Of a DNA stretch of 45,550 nucleotides, positions 19,365 to 29,023 are shown piece by piece. A model generated the notes under the pieces. The model did no database searches. It saw nothing but the letters and a program-made list of their open reading frames with translations, and was not told the DNA's origin. The DNA comes from Promethearchaeota archaeon (GTDB lineage: Archaea > Asgardarchaeota > Lokiarchaeia > Sigyniarchaeales > SOKP01): assembly GCA_016839585.1 (NCBI GenBank), contig JAEOTZ010000065.1, positions 1-45,550 of the forward strand, written 5' to 3'. A program made the translations under genes and the position numbers. Within the stretch, counting starts at the first letter, position 1. Every line of letters begins with the position of its first letter.

Positions 19365-20441
19365 TTAAATTACTTTTTTAAGGTAATCATTAATTTGGTT
19401 AACATCAAAATCATATCCTATTTTCTCTTCAAGGTACCAATCACATGTCATTTTTATTGCCTCTTCTAATGTTAATAATGGTTTCCATCCTAAATTTTCA
19501 TAAGCTTTACTATTATCAAGCAATAGGACTTTACTTTCATGAAATTTATCATTTTCTTTTTTCAATGAAAATTCATAACTACCTTTACCTATATAGTTAA
19601 TAATTTTATCAACAATTTCTTTTACTGAAAAAATAGCGTTTTTGTCGGGACCAAAATTCCATGCACTTGAATATTTTTCTTGGCCTTCCGACATTTTAAC
19701 TGTTAAAAGTAAAATCCCACGAATTGGTTCTAATACAAATTGCCAAGGTCTTACGGATTTAGGATTTCTAATTTTTATTGTCTCACTGTTTCTTATAGCT
19801 TTCATACAATCAGGTACAAGCCGATCTTCTTGCCAATCACCTCCTCCAATAACATTCCCACTTCTAATTGAGGACACATATTTTTCATTTTTTAAAGCTT
19901 TATTTGTAAAATAGGATTGTCTATATGCTGATGTAATAAATTCAGAGCAAGCTTTACTTGAACTATAAGGATCATGTCCCCCTAAACGATCAGTTTCTTT
20001 ATATCCTTCGATATTTTCAAGATTTTCATAACATTTATCAGTAGTAAAATTAATCATTATTTTACTTGACTCATTCTTTCTAAAATTCTCAAAAACATTA
20101 ACTGTCCCTCCAATATTTGTATCATATGTTTCTTTAGGGATTATATAAGACATTCTCACAATAGGTTGAGCTGCAAGATGAAAAACTATTTCTGGTTTAT
20201 AAGTTTTAAAAACTTTATTTAATTTTTTGTAATTTTTGACATTACCAATTATACTAACTATTTTTTTTTTAAAATTTGTAACTACAAAATTATCTTCTTT
20301 TGTAATGGGAGGTAAAGCATAACCAACAACATTTGCGTTCAATTCATTAAGCCAAATTCCTAACCATGAACCGATAAAACCAGTATGTCCTGTTATCAAA
20401 ACATTTTTATTCTTAAAAAAATTTCTAAACAATTGTTTCAT
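19365..20441 (-). CDS. rfbG: CDP-glucose 4,6-dehydratase
   Basis: TGHTGF.GSWL, HLAAQPIV, TTDKCY, GGHDPYSSSK, GNVIGGGDW and RPWQ.VLEP motifs. The start is placed at 20441 because of the ATGA overlap with the rfbF stop (the track starts at 20456). Confidence 0.95.
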   Translation of the reverse strand: MKQLFRNFFKNKNVLITGHTGFIGSWLGIWLNELNANVVGYALPPITKEDNFVVTNFKKKIVSIIGNVKNYKKLNKVFKTYKPEIVFHLAAQPIVRMSYIIPKETYDTNIGGTVNVFENFRKNESSKIMINFTTDKCYENLENIEGYKETDRLGGHDPYSSSKACSEFITSAYRQSYFTNKALKNEKYVSSIRSGNVIGGGDWQEDRLVPDCMKAIRNSETIKIRNPKSVRPWQFVLEPIRGILLLTVKMSEGQEKYSSAWNFGPDKNAIFSVKEIVDKIINYIGKGSYEFSLKKENDKFHESKVLLLDNSKAYENLGWKPLLTLEEAIKMTCDWYLEEKIGYDFDVNQINDYLKKVI

Positions 20442-21214
20442 TCCCATACCTTCCAAAATGCTTTATTATTTTCCCATAATTTATTTAGATACATAACATC
20501 TCGTTCATGATCCATACATTCCCAATTACCTTGATGTTTATATACCATTACTTCTCCTTTTAAAGACAGCTCTTCAAGAGGCCCTTTTTCAAGTTCACAA
20601 TTTACATCAGTAGTAAGGTAATTCAAGAAAGATTCATTAAACACCATAAAACCACCATTAATTAATCCTATTGATGTTCGTGGTTTTTCTATAAATAACT
20701 TTACTTGACCATTTTCTTCAACAATTTCTCCAAAACGGGCTGGAGCATGTACTCCTGATATTGTAATAGTCTTTCCATGGGATTTATGGTACTCTACCAA
20801 TTTCTTTATATCAATATCAGCAACGCCATCCCCATAAGTAACCATATTAATTCCTTGATCTAAGAATTTTTCAACTCGTTTTATCCTTCCTCCTTTTAAT
20901 GTATTTATTCCAGTATCAATCAGAGTTACTCTCCAGTTTGTGTTTTCATTCCTGTCGTAATACTGGATATTTCCATTAGATAAATCAACAGTAAAATCTT
21001 TATTTCTAATTTCATAATGATAGAAATAATCTCGAATAACATCTCCTTTTACTCCTAAACAAATGATGAATTCATTGAGTCCGTAATGAGAAAATATTTT
21101 CATAATATGCCATAATATAGGTTTGTTGCCTATCTTTATCATAGGTTTTGGAACAAATTCCGCTAATCTTCCTATTCTAGTTCCCCATCCACCAGCTAAA
21201 ATAATAACTTTCAT
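20438..21214 (-). CDS. rfbF: Glucose-1-phosphate cytidylyltransferase
   Basis: ILAGG.GTR, PKPM..IG.KPILWHIMK, TYGDGVAD, INGGF and W.CMD motifs; ends AFWKVWE. Confidence 0.96.
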   Translation of the reverse strand: MKVIILAGGWGTRIGRLAEFVPKPMIKIGNKPILWHIMKIFSHYGLNEFIICLGVKGDVIRDYFYHYEIRNKDFTVDLSNGNIQYYDRNENTNWRVTLIDTGINTLKGGRIKRVEKFLDQGINMVTYGDGVADIDIKKLVEYHKSHGKTITISGVHAPARFGEIVEENGQVKLFIEKPRTSIGLINGGFMVFNESFLNYLTTDVNCELEKGPLEELSLKGEVMVYKHQGNWECMDHERDVMYLNKLWENNKAFWKVWE

Positions 21215-21306
21215 TTCTTTTTAAACGTTTGAAATTTTGATAGATTAAAAAATTCTAATTGATAGAATTTTTCTTAAAAATATTATGTTTGTGAACTTAT
21301 AAAATT

Positions 21307-22716
21307 TCATAAATATTTAATAATTTCTTTTGAAGATAAGTTAGAAACAGTAAATCTCCATTTCTGAGCATCCTCTCGTTTGGTAATATATTTAAAAGAT
21401 ATTTTTAAATTTCCTATAAATTTTTTCAATTCATTAATAATTGTTTTTTCTTCATTTTGATTATATTTCTTATCTGGAATAATTTTTACTATAATTTCAT
21501 CTATTTTTGGTTGAATTAATTGTATGTATGAGATATTAGGAATTTTTTCGCTAATAATGTGTTTCCAATAATGATAAAATGAAATTCCTGATATAATACT
21601 TTTATCCTCGGTAATAATTTGATCTAAAATTCTTCCTTGAATAGATTTCAATTTTTTTGTATTTCTACCACATGCACACTCATCTCCTCCCATAATGGCT
21701 AGATCCTCAGTACTGTATCGAATTAAAGGCATTGAAAAGTTGAATAAATTAGTACCAATAATTCGTCCTAGTTCTCCTTCCGAAACTTCTTGATGGTTTT
21801 TATCTAATAATTCCAAAATATTATTTTCTTCTACTACATGATACCCTTTTACTGGTTTACATTCATATGCATGAAGAGCAAGTTCTGATTGACCATATAA
21901 ATCAATAAAAGGACATTTAAATGTTTTTGATATGAAATCTCTATGTTCTTGGCTAAAAGATTCTGAACTTGATAATATCATTTTTAAAGAAGGAAAGGAT
22001 ATACCATATTTTTTGATATATAATGAAAGTGTATATAATGCCATTGGATAAACCATGAGAAGTTTTGGTTTAAATTGTATAATTTGAGAAATAATTTTTT
22101 TGCAATTAATTTCATTTAAATGAAAAGTATTAAAAGCAATAGATTTAGATAAAAAATTAAATTTCCATAGAAAAGCTTGTTGTTGACCATGCTCTTTGAC
22201 TAATGTACCTCTTAAAATCGCTTGTTTATCGCTAAATTTTACATTAAAAGTTCTCAAAATTCTCCAAATAGAGGCTCTGTATCTAATATTTGCATATTTA
22301 TCTATAAAAAACTTAAAAGGTACTCCTGTTGACCCAGAAGTCATTTGTAAATGTGGTTTATATTTTTTAAAATTTATTGAGATAAATTTATGGAAGTTTT
22401 TTCTTATTAAATCTTTAGTTAGAATAGGTAATCTTTTTATATCTGAAACCTTTTTAACATCGGTTAGATATAAATTGTTATTTCTAAACCATAATTTATA
22501 AAATTGAACATTATTGTAAGCATGTATAATTAGTTTCCTGAAATGGAAATTTTGATAATCATTTAAATTCTTTCTATTAAAATATTGAATTTTTTCTATT
22601 TGATTAATTTCTTTTATTAAATTAAAATAATTTCCTTCAAACTTTGGGAGTGGTGTAAAATTATAAAATTTATTTAAAAATTGCTTCAGAAATGTTTTTC
22701 TATTCATGAAATTCAC
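21307..22716 (-). CDS. Adenylate-forming enzyme, phenylacetate-CoA ligase/CapK family
   Basis: LPILTK, TSGSTG, YGQSE, MPLIRY.T.D and IQGR motifs; its GTG start overlaps the upstream TGA. Confidence 0.88.
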   Translation of the reverse strand: MNFMNRKTFLKQFLNKFYNFTPLPKFEGNYFNLIKEINQIEKIQYFNRKNLNDYQNFHFRKLIIHAYNNVQFYKLWFRNNNLYLTDVKKVSDIKRLPILTKDLIRKNFHKFISINFKKYKPHLQMTSGSTGVPFKFFIDKYANIRYRASIWRILRTFNVKFSDKQAILRGTLVKEHGQQQAFLWKFNFLSKSIAFNTFHLNEINCKKIISQIIQFKPKLLMVYPMALYTLSLYIKKYGISFPSLKMILSSSESFSQEHRDFISKTFKCPFIDLYGQSELALHAYECKPVKGYHVVEENNILELLDKNHQEVSEGELGRIIGTNLFNFSMPLIRYSTEDLAIMGGDECACGRNTKKLKSIQGRILDQIITEDKSIISGISFYHYWKHIISEKIPNISYIQLIQPKIDEIIVKIIPDKKYNQNEEKTIINELKKFIGNLKISFKYITKREDAQKWRFTVSNLSSKEIIKYL

Positions 22717-24740
22717 TTATTATTAATTGGAGCAATTTCAGTTATGATTTCAATTGATTTATTGTTAATTAATTGGTTCTTTAAACTAACATTTAATATT
22801 TTACAATTTTTTTTTACTCCGTAACGTGGAGAATAATAAAAGTTCTCTAGTTCAATTTTAAAGTTATGTTCTGAGTGAATTTTAATTTCTAGCTCATTAT
22901 TGATGAAAATTTTTTTATTCTTTAATAGAATATCTGTTTTCGTATCGAAATGTAAATAGAGATTTATATTAATTAATTTATCTTTCTTTTGATATTTAAT
23001 TGGGATTAATTTATCATAGATGATTATCTTATTGAGGTTTTTTACAGTATGAATTTGTCTCTTTACTAAAAATCCTTTATAACCATTGTGAAAACAAATT
23101 AAATTTAATTGATTTTCATTAGATTTTTTAACTATTCTCTTGATTTTAGGTCTATTATCCCATGCAAACCAATCTATTATATCTGCTTGATTATTGTTAT
23201 TAATAGATAATATATTATGAGCTTTACTCCCACGGAATAAGTTTCTTTCGATCCATGATTTATTATAACTATAGGTACCTGAATCGTTTAAAATATTATA
23301 TCCTTTATAACAAAATATTACATTAGTTATATCACTATGACAATGGGAGGCACTATTTGGACCATATTCTCCAAAATCGACCAAAAAGTAATTTGCTTTA
23401 TTAGACCAATTATCTCTGATAATAAGATATCCTGCATCCTTGAAATATTGTAATGTCTTACTCGGTTCTTGAGTAGGGAGGTTTTTAAAAGTGTTATAGC
23501 CTTTTAATCCTAATAATAAAATCGAAGTAAGAGATATTTTTTTTGAGATATACTTGAACTCTCCATTTCTAAATAAAATTGAACCTAGGTTTATTAAATT
23601 GATGAAAAGGTTGTCATTATAGTTATTTAATAATAGTACTGTTCCATCATCGCTATCACCTATCAAAGGAAAAGTACCATTAGGTTTAATTATCATCAGT
23701 AGATAATAAAACATTTTTTCAATAAATTCTCGAGTATTTCCATTAATCTTTTTAAAATTAAAAATTAAAAATAATGCAATAAATTCGAGAACAAATCTAT
23801 GATAATTTACTGATAACTCAATATGTGTCCCATCAGGTTTAAATTGTCTATGAATCTGATACGAAAATAACCTAAAAAATTTCTTTTCCCATCTCTTAAA
23901 GAGTTTAATCTTATTGAAAACTTTTGAAAATAAATAAATACCGAAGATTTCACCTATGGTATGATTAAATGACTTTTTACTATAAAAATATCTTAAAAAG
24001 TATGCATGAAGAAACATAGATTTAAAAATTTTCTTAAAAAATTCATTATTGTTAATTTCTTTGGAAGAACTGAAAAATAATAGGCTAGATATCCATGAAA
24101 TTAATCGAATTGATATTTCTAATCCTGAACGCCAATTTATTCCATACAAAGGAGGATTTATTTGTATCCAATCATTTATGATATTCTTGAATCTTAGTGC
24201 GTATTTTATATCACCAGTATAAAAGTAAGCAAATCCTAAATAAGGCATGAATAAATGCCTATTTAATTCCCATACATATTTTATATCAACATTTTTATTT
24301 TTGGGGTGTTTATTTATTTTTTCTGTCTTTATCAAATCCCAATTATAATTATCAGCAAAACCATAATGCCAGTTGATTTTTTCTTTAAAAATAGAAATTT
24401 TTTCAAATATTCTAAATTTTCCTTCAATTATTTCGTCAGCATATTTCAAACATTTCTCTAATTCCATTGAGCAATTACTTTCAATATAGTTGAGTAGATT
24501 TTCTTTCTCTGTAATATTTGAATAAGCAAATATATGACTTTTAAAGAATTGATTACGAATATCTTCTATATTTGAAACCCTTAGAACTTTTTTAATTAAT
24601 TTTTCATAAGCATAGGGATTTCTTATAATTTCTTGTTTTTTGTTATAAAATTTCGCATGAAATAATTTAACTATTCTATTTTTTATTTTTCCAACAAAAT
24701 TAGAAACATTAAAGGATCGTAAAGCATGAAAAGAACTCAT
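22713..24740 (-). CDS. Heparinase II/III-like protein
   Basis: WELNRH, WIQINPP..GINW, ELS..YHRFV, IGDSDDG, HCHSD, DSGTYSYN and AHNIL motifs; no evident signal peptide. Confidence 0.88.
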   Translation of the reverse strand: MSSFHALRSFNVSNFVGKIKNRIVKLFHAKFYNKKQEIIRNPYAYEKLIKKVLRVSNIEDIRNQFFKSHIFAYSNITEKENLLNYIESNCSMELEKCLKYADEIIEGKFRIFEKISIFKEKINWHYGFADNYNWDLIKTEKINKHPKNKNVDIKYVWELNRHLFMPYLGFAYFYTGDIKYALRFKNIINDWIQINPPLYGINWRSGLEISIRLISWISSLLFFSSSKEINNNEFFKKIFKSMFLHAYFLRYFYSKKSFNHTIGEIFGIYLFSKVFNKIKLFKRWEKKFFRLFSYQIHRQFKPDGTHIELSVNYHRFVLEFIALFLIFNFKKINGNTREFIEKMFYYLLMIIKPNGTFPLIGDSDDGTVLLLNNYNDNLFINLINLGSILFRNGEFKYISKKISLTSILLLGLKGYNTFKNLPTQEPSKTLQYFKDAGYLIIRDNWSNKANYFLVDFGEYGPNSASHCHSDITNVIFCYKGYNILNDSGTYSYNKSWIERNLFRGSKAHNILSINNNNQADIIDWFAWDNRPKIKRIVKKSNENQLNLICFHNGYKGFLVKRQIHTVKNLNKIIIYDKLIPIKYQKKDKLININLYLHFDTKTDILLKNKKIFINNELEIKIHSEHNFKIELENFYYSPRYGVKKNCKILNVSLKNQLINNKSIEIITEIAPINNK

Positions 24741-24885
24741 GAGCTAATTCTCTGTTATGAAAAATCTCAATAATTTTATAAAAAAAATATTCCTTCTAAT
24801 TTTAAATTAATTTCAGATGATTAAATTTTAATTAATTTTAATTTTCTTTTATATAAAAAAAATTTTTTGGGTTACTGATAATAAT

Positions 24886-25986
24886 ATGAGTAATTTAATT
24901 TACCTAGTTGCTGGGGCAAGACCGAACTTTATGAAAATTGCTCCTTTAATTAAGGAATTCCTTAAAGAAAATATTAAGTTTAAGATTATCCATACAGGAC
25001 AACATTATGATTATAATATGTCAAAAGTTTTTTTCGATAAATTAGGGATTCCAGAACCTGAGATTCATTTAAATGTTGGCTCAGCATCTCATGCTATTCA
25101 AACGGCAAAAATAATGATTGAATTTGAAAAAGTTCTACTTAATGAAGAGCCGGATTTAGTATTAGTTGTTGGAGATGTTAATTCTACTATTGCATGTGCA
25201 TTGGTTGCTAAAAAACTTTTTATAAAAGTTGCCCATGTTGAGGCTGGATTAAGGAGCTTCGATTTTAGAATGCCCGAAGAAATTAATAGAATTTTAACAG
25301 ACCAATTATCTGATTATTTATTTACAAGTGAAAAAAGTGCAGAAAATAATTTGAAAAAAGAAGGTATCTCTCCAGAAAAGATTTTTTTCGTTGGAAATAT
25401 CATGATAGATAATTTATTAATGAATTTGGAAAGAGCAAAGAATATTAATGTTCTTAAAAAATTTAATTTAGAAAAGAAAAATTATGCTTTAATTACTTGT
25501 CATAGACCTTCCAACGTGGATCATAAAGAGGATTTAGAGCAAATTGTGGAAATCCTAAATTTTATTCAAGAAAAAATCAAAATCTTTTTTCCTATCCATC
25601 CTAGAACTAAAAAAAATTTGAAAAAGTATGAATTAAACTCAAACATTAAAAAAGCGAATATTATTATTAATGACCCGGTTGGATTTTTGGAGTTCTTAAA
25701 TTTGATGTTAAATTCTAGATTTATTTTAACAGATTCGGGAGGAATACAAGAAGAAGCATCATATCTAAATATTCCCGTATTAACTTTAAGGGAAAATACA
25801 GAAAGACCTATTACTGTTGAAAAAGGAACAAATACTATTGTTAATAAAGATTTTAAGAAAATTAAAAAATATGTTAATGATATATTATCTAACAATTATA
25901 AAAATGGGCAGACGATTGAAAAATGGGATGGACAAACTGCTAAGAGAATAACTAAAATAATTAAGCAAAGATTTTTAACTGAATAA
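24886..25986 (+). CDS. wecB: UDP-N-acetylglucosamine 2-epimerase (non-hydrolysing)
   Basis: GARPNFMK, HTGQH, GDVNST, HVEAGLRS, PEEINR and TDSGGIQEE motifs. Confidence 0.96.
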   Translation: MSNLIYLVAGARPNFMKIAPLIKEFLKENIKFKIIHTGQHYDYNMSKVFFDKLGIPEPEIHLNVGSASHAIQTAKIMIEFEKVLLNEEPDLVLVVGDVNSTIACALVAKKLFIKVAHVEAGLRSFDFRMPEEINRILTDQLSDYLFTSEKSAENNLKKEGISPEKIFFVGNIMIDNLLMNLERAKNINVLKKFNLEKKNYALITCHRPSNVDHKEDLEQIVEILNFIQEKIKIFFPIHPRTKKNLKKYELNSNIKKANIIINDPVGFLEFLNLMLNSRFILTDSGGIQEEASYLNIPVLTLRENTERPITVEKGTNTIVNKDFKKIKKYVNDILSNNYKNGQTIEKWDGQTAKRITKIIKQRFLTE

Positions 25987-26130
25987 TTAATGCTCTTCAA
26001 TTTTTAATGGTTTTTTTAATTTAACAGTAAATTAGAATTTTTTTAATCTTTTTGCAGGTTTATGAAGAAGTAATGTTTTTTAATGCTATGTAATTATATA
26101 TAATTAAACTTAATTAATGATGAGAAGAAA

Positions 26131-26370
26131 ATGCCTAAAGAGGAACATAAAGTAGAATATACTACTGTTTCGATACCTAAACCTCTTGTGGAAAAAATTA
26201 AGGAGCGAATGAAAGGAACTGGTTTTTCATCAGTATCTAGTTATGTTACCTATGTGTTGAGACAAGTTATTTCATCTATAGAGGAAGAAGAACGATCGAA
26301 ACAGGCTTTCACAAAAGAAGAAGAAGAAAAAGTGAAACAAAGATTAAGAGATTTGGGATACATAGATTAA
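26131..26370 (+). CDS. Ribbon-helix-helix (CopG/Arc/MetJ) protein with C-terminal RLRDLGY tail
   Basis: YTTVSIPKPL beta-ribbon followed by helix-G-F-S-S-V-S-helix; acidic linker; ends EEEEKVKQRLRDLGYID. Confidence 0.85.
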   Translation: MPKEEHKVEYTTVSIPKPLVEKIKERMKGTGFSSVSSYVTYVLRQVISSIEEEERSKQAFTKEEEEKVKQRLRDLGYID

Positions 26371-26420
26371 TTATAAAAGATTTTAAAATTATTAAAATTT
26401 AAAAAAGGTTTTGGTATTAA

Positions 26421-27569
26421 ATGATAGAGCCACATGGTGGAACTTTAATAAATAAAGTCTTGCCAAAAATCGAAAAAGAAAGGATAAAGGGAGAAATTAA
26501 CGAATTTGAGAAAATAGAAGTCAGACCAGAGACAATTAAAGTGATTAAGAACATCTGTTTTGGAGCTTTTAGTCCCTTAGAGGGATTCATGAATGAAAAT
26601 GATTATTATTATGTATTAGATACTATGTACTTAGAGAATAATATTGCCTGGCCATTTCCAATCACGTTGGACGTCTCAGAAAAGGAAATTAAAAATATAA
26701 AAGCTGATGATAAATTAATCCTTACAAATAGCAGTGGAACTCCAATAGCACTAATGAATATAGAGACTATCTTTGATTACGAGAAGAAGGAATACGCAGA
26801 AAAAACATATGGTACATTGGATCAGAATCATCCCGGAGTAAGTAGTGTTTTCAATTATAAAGAAAAACTCATTGGGGGAGAGATTTTCTTAATTAACGAA
26901 CCTAAACCAACTTTTTTATATTTAGATTTAAAACCTCTTGAAACGAGAGTTTTATTTAAGGAAAAGGGTTGGGATAGAGTTGTTGCATTTCAAACTAGAA
27001 ATCCTCCTCATTTGGGTCATGAATACGTTCAGAAAGCAGGATTAACTTATGTAGATGGTCTATTTATAAATCCTGTGATTGGAAAAAAGAAAGTAGGCGA
27101 TTTCTTAGATGAAGTAATAATTGAGGCATATAAAGCACTTATAAAAGAATATTATCCTAAAGACAGAGTTGTGTTAAGCACATTTGAAACAGAAATGAGA
27201 TATGCTGGACCTAAAGAAGCCATTTTTCATGCCATAGCAAGAAAAAATTTTGGATGTGACCATATTATTATTGGTCGAGATCATGCTGGAGTTGATAATT
27301 ATTATGGTCCTTATGATGCTCACAAGATCTTTAATGAGTTTCCAGATTTGGGTATTGAACCAATTAAATTTAGATCTTTTTCGAAATGTGCTAAATGTGA
27401 TGCTGTTATTAATGATAAGATTTGCCCACATCCTCCTGAAATGCAAAGATATTTCGCAGGAACAGAGATTAGAACTGCATTGCAGGCTGGAAAGCCACCT
27501 AGCGCTGAGATTATGCGTCCAGAAGTCGCTGAAGTAATTCTTAGATATAAAAATCCCTTTTTAGTATAA
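26421..27569 (+). CDS. sat: Sulfate adenylyltransferase (ATP sulfurylase)
   Basis: PHGG.L, FSPLEGFM, QTRNPPHLGH, YAGPKEA and GRDHAGV motifs; CxxC...CPH zinc site. Confidence 0.98.
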   Translation: MIEPHGGTLINKVLPKIEKERIKGEINEFEKIEVRPETIKVIKNICFGAFSPLEGFMNENDYYYVLDTMYLENNIAWPFPITLDVSEKEIKNIKADDKLILTNSSGTPIALMNIETIFDYEKKEYAEKTYGTLDQNHPGVSSVFNYKEKLIGGEIFLINEPKPTFLYLDLKPLETRVLFKEKGWDRVVAFQTRNPPHLGHEYVQKAGLTYVDGLFINPVIGKKKVGDFLDEVIIEAYKALIKEYYPKDRVVLSTFETEMRYAGPKEAIFHAIARKNFGCDHIIIGRDHAGVDNYYGPYDAHKIFNEFPDLGIEPIKFRSFSKCAKCDAVINDKICPHPPEMQRYFAGTEIRTALQAGKPPSAEIMRPEVAEVILRYKNPFLV

Positions 27570-27619
27570 AAAATTTATAAAAATTGAATTTCATTAAAAA
27601 ATAGATAAAGATTCAAATT

Positions 27620-29008
27620 ATGGGCAGAAATAAGAAAAAGTTAGTCATTATCGGTTTGGATTGTGCTACTCCGAGGACTTTCTTTCAAGATTTTAAAGAT
27701 GATTGCCCCAATATAAAAAAGTTAATGGATTCAGGAGTCTACGGAAAACTTAGGTCTTGCGATCCTCCAATTACAATACCAGCCTGGATGGTAATGTCAA
27801 CTGGAAAAAAAGCAGGTACTTTAGGATTATATGGTTTTAGACATAGAAAAGAAAATTTATATGATGATTTTTGGATAGCAACCTCCTATAATATAAAAGA
27901 ACCAAAAGTTTGGGAAATAATTGGAGATAAAGGATTAAAATCTTGTGTTTTAGGATTGCCACCAACATATCCAGTTCAAAAAATTAATGGATGCTTAGTT
28001 TCTGGTTTTATGACTCCTGATAGTACCACAGAATTCACCTATCCAGCTGAGCTTAAAGAAGAAATTATAGATAAAGTAGGAGATTATATTTTTGATGTTA
28101 ATTTTAGAGTAAATAATAAAGAGGATTTGATAAAAGAAATTTATGCTTTAACAGAGATTCATTTTAAAACTGTAAAATTTTTAATGCAAAATAAAGATTG
28201 GGACTACTTTAAATTTGTAATAATTGGTTTAGACAGATTCCATCATGCATTTTGGAAATATTATGATAAAGGACATCAAAAATATAAGCCTAACAATAAA
28301 TTCGAAGGGGAAATGAGAAAGTATTATAGTTATTTAGATAAAAAAGTTGGAGAAATTTTAGATTTATTAGATAACGATACTGTTGTTATGATTGTATCTG
28401 ATCATGGTGCAAAAGCAATGAAAGGTTTAATTTGTATAAACATGGTACTTGAAGAGTTGGGTTTATTGAAATTTAATACAAAACCAAAACCTAGAACAAG
28501 AATCAGAGATGCAGATATAGATTGGAATAACACATATGCTTGGGGTTGGGGTGGATATAACGCCCGAGTATTTTTAAATTTAGAAGGAAGAGAACCAAAT
28601 GGTATTATCAAAAAAGCAGATTATGAAAAAATACGTGATAAGATTGTAATCATGTTAAAAAAGATTAAAGATGTCAATGGGAATCCTATGAATACTAAGG
28701 TTTACAAACCCGAAGAATTATTTGAAATTATACGGGGAGATGCTCCTGATTTAATGGTCTATTTCGACGATTTGAATTGGAGATCTGCTGGAACAGTTGG
28801 GTATGATTCCATCTATTTGGATGAAAATGACACAGGTCCTGATGATGCCGTTCATGATTGGTATGGGGTATATATCATTTATGATCCAAAGAAGAAAATA
28901 GGTAAGGATTTAGGAGTAAAAAATATTCTTGATATAGCACCCACATCTCTTAATATTTTGGGAATAGATGTCCCCTCTGATATGGAAGGAAATATAATAA
29001 ATTTCTAA
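27620..29008 (+). CDS. Alkaline-phosphatase-superfamily protein (NPP/phosphodiesterase-like, COG3379-type)
   Basis: IGLDCA, PPITIPAW..M.TG (Thr at the nucleophile position), DRFHH.FW, VSDHG and DIAPT motifs; no signal peptide; no CxPxR sulfatase motif. Confidence 0.88.
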   Translation: MGRNKKKLVIIGLDCATPRTFFQDFKDDCPNIKKLMDSGVYGKLRSCDPPITIPAWMVMSTGKKAGTLGLYGFRHRKENLYDDFWIATSYNIKEPKVWEIIGDKGLKSCVLGLPPTYPVQKINGCLVSGFMTPDSTTEFTYPAELKEEIIDKVGDYIFDVNFRVNNKEDLIKEIYALTEIHFKTVKFLMQNKDWDYFKFVIIGLDRFHHAFWKYYDKGHQKYKPNNKFEGEMRKYYSYLDKKVGEILDLLDNDTVVMIVSDHGAKAMKGLICINMVLEELGLLKFNTKPKPRTRIRDADIDWNNTYAWGWGGYNARVFLNLEGREPNGIIKKADYEKIRDKIVIMLKKIKDVNGNPMNTKVYKPEELFEIIRGDAPDLMVYFDDLNWRSAGTVGYDSIYLDENDTGPDDAVHDWYGVYIIYDPKKKIGKDLGVKNILDIAPTSLNILGIDVPSDMEGNIINF

Positions 29009-29023
29009 AAGAGGAACAAAAGA

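Noticed and set aside
27620-29008. Calling the AlkP protein a formylglycine-dependent sulfatase
   Set aside because: It lacks the C/S-x-P-x-R motif; the nucleophile position is Thr.
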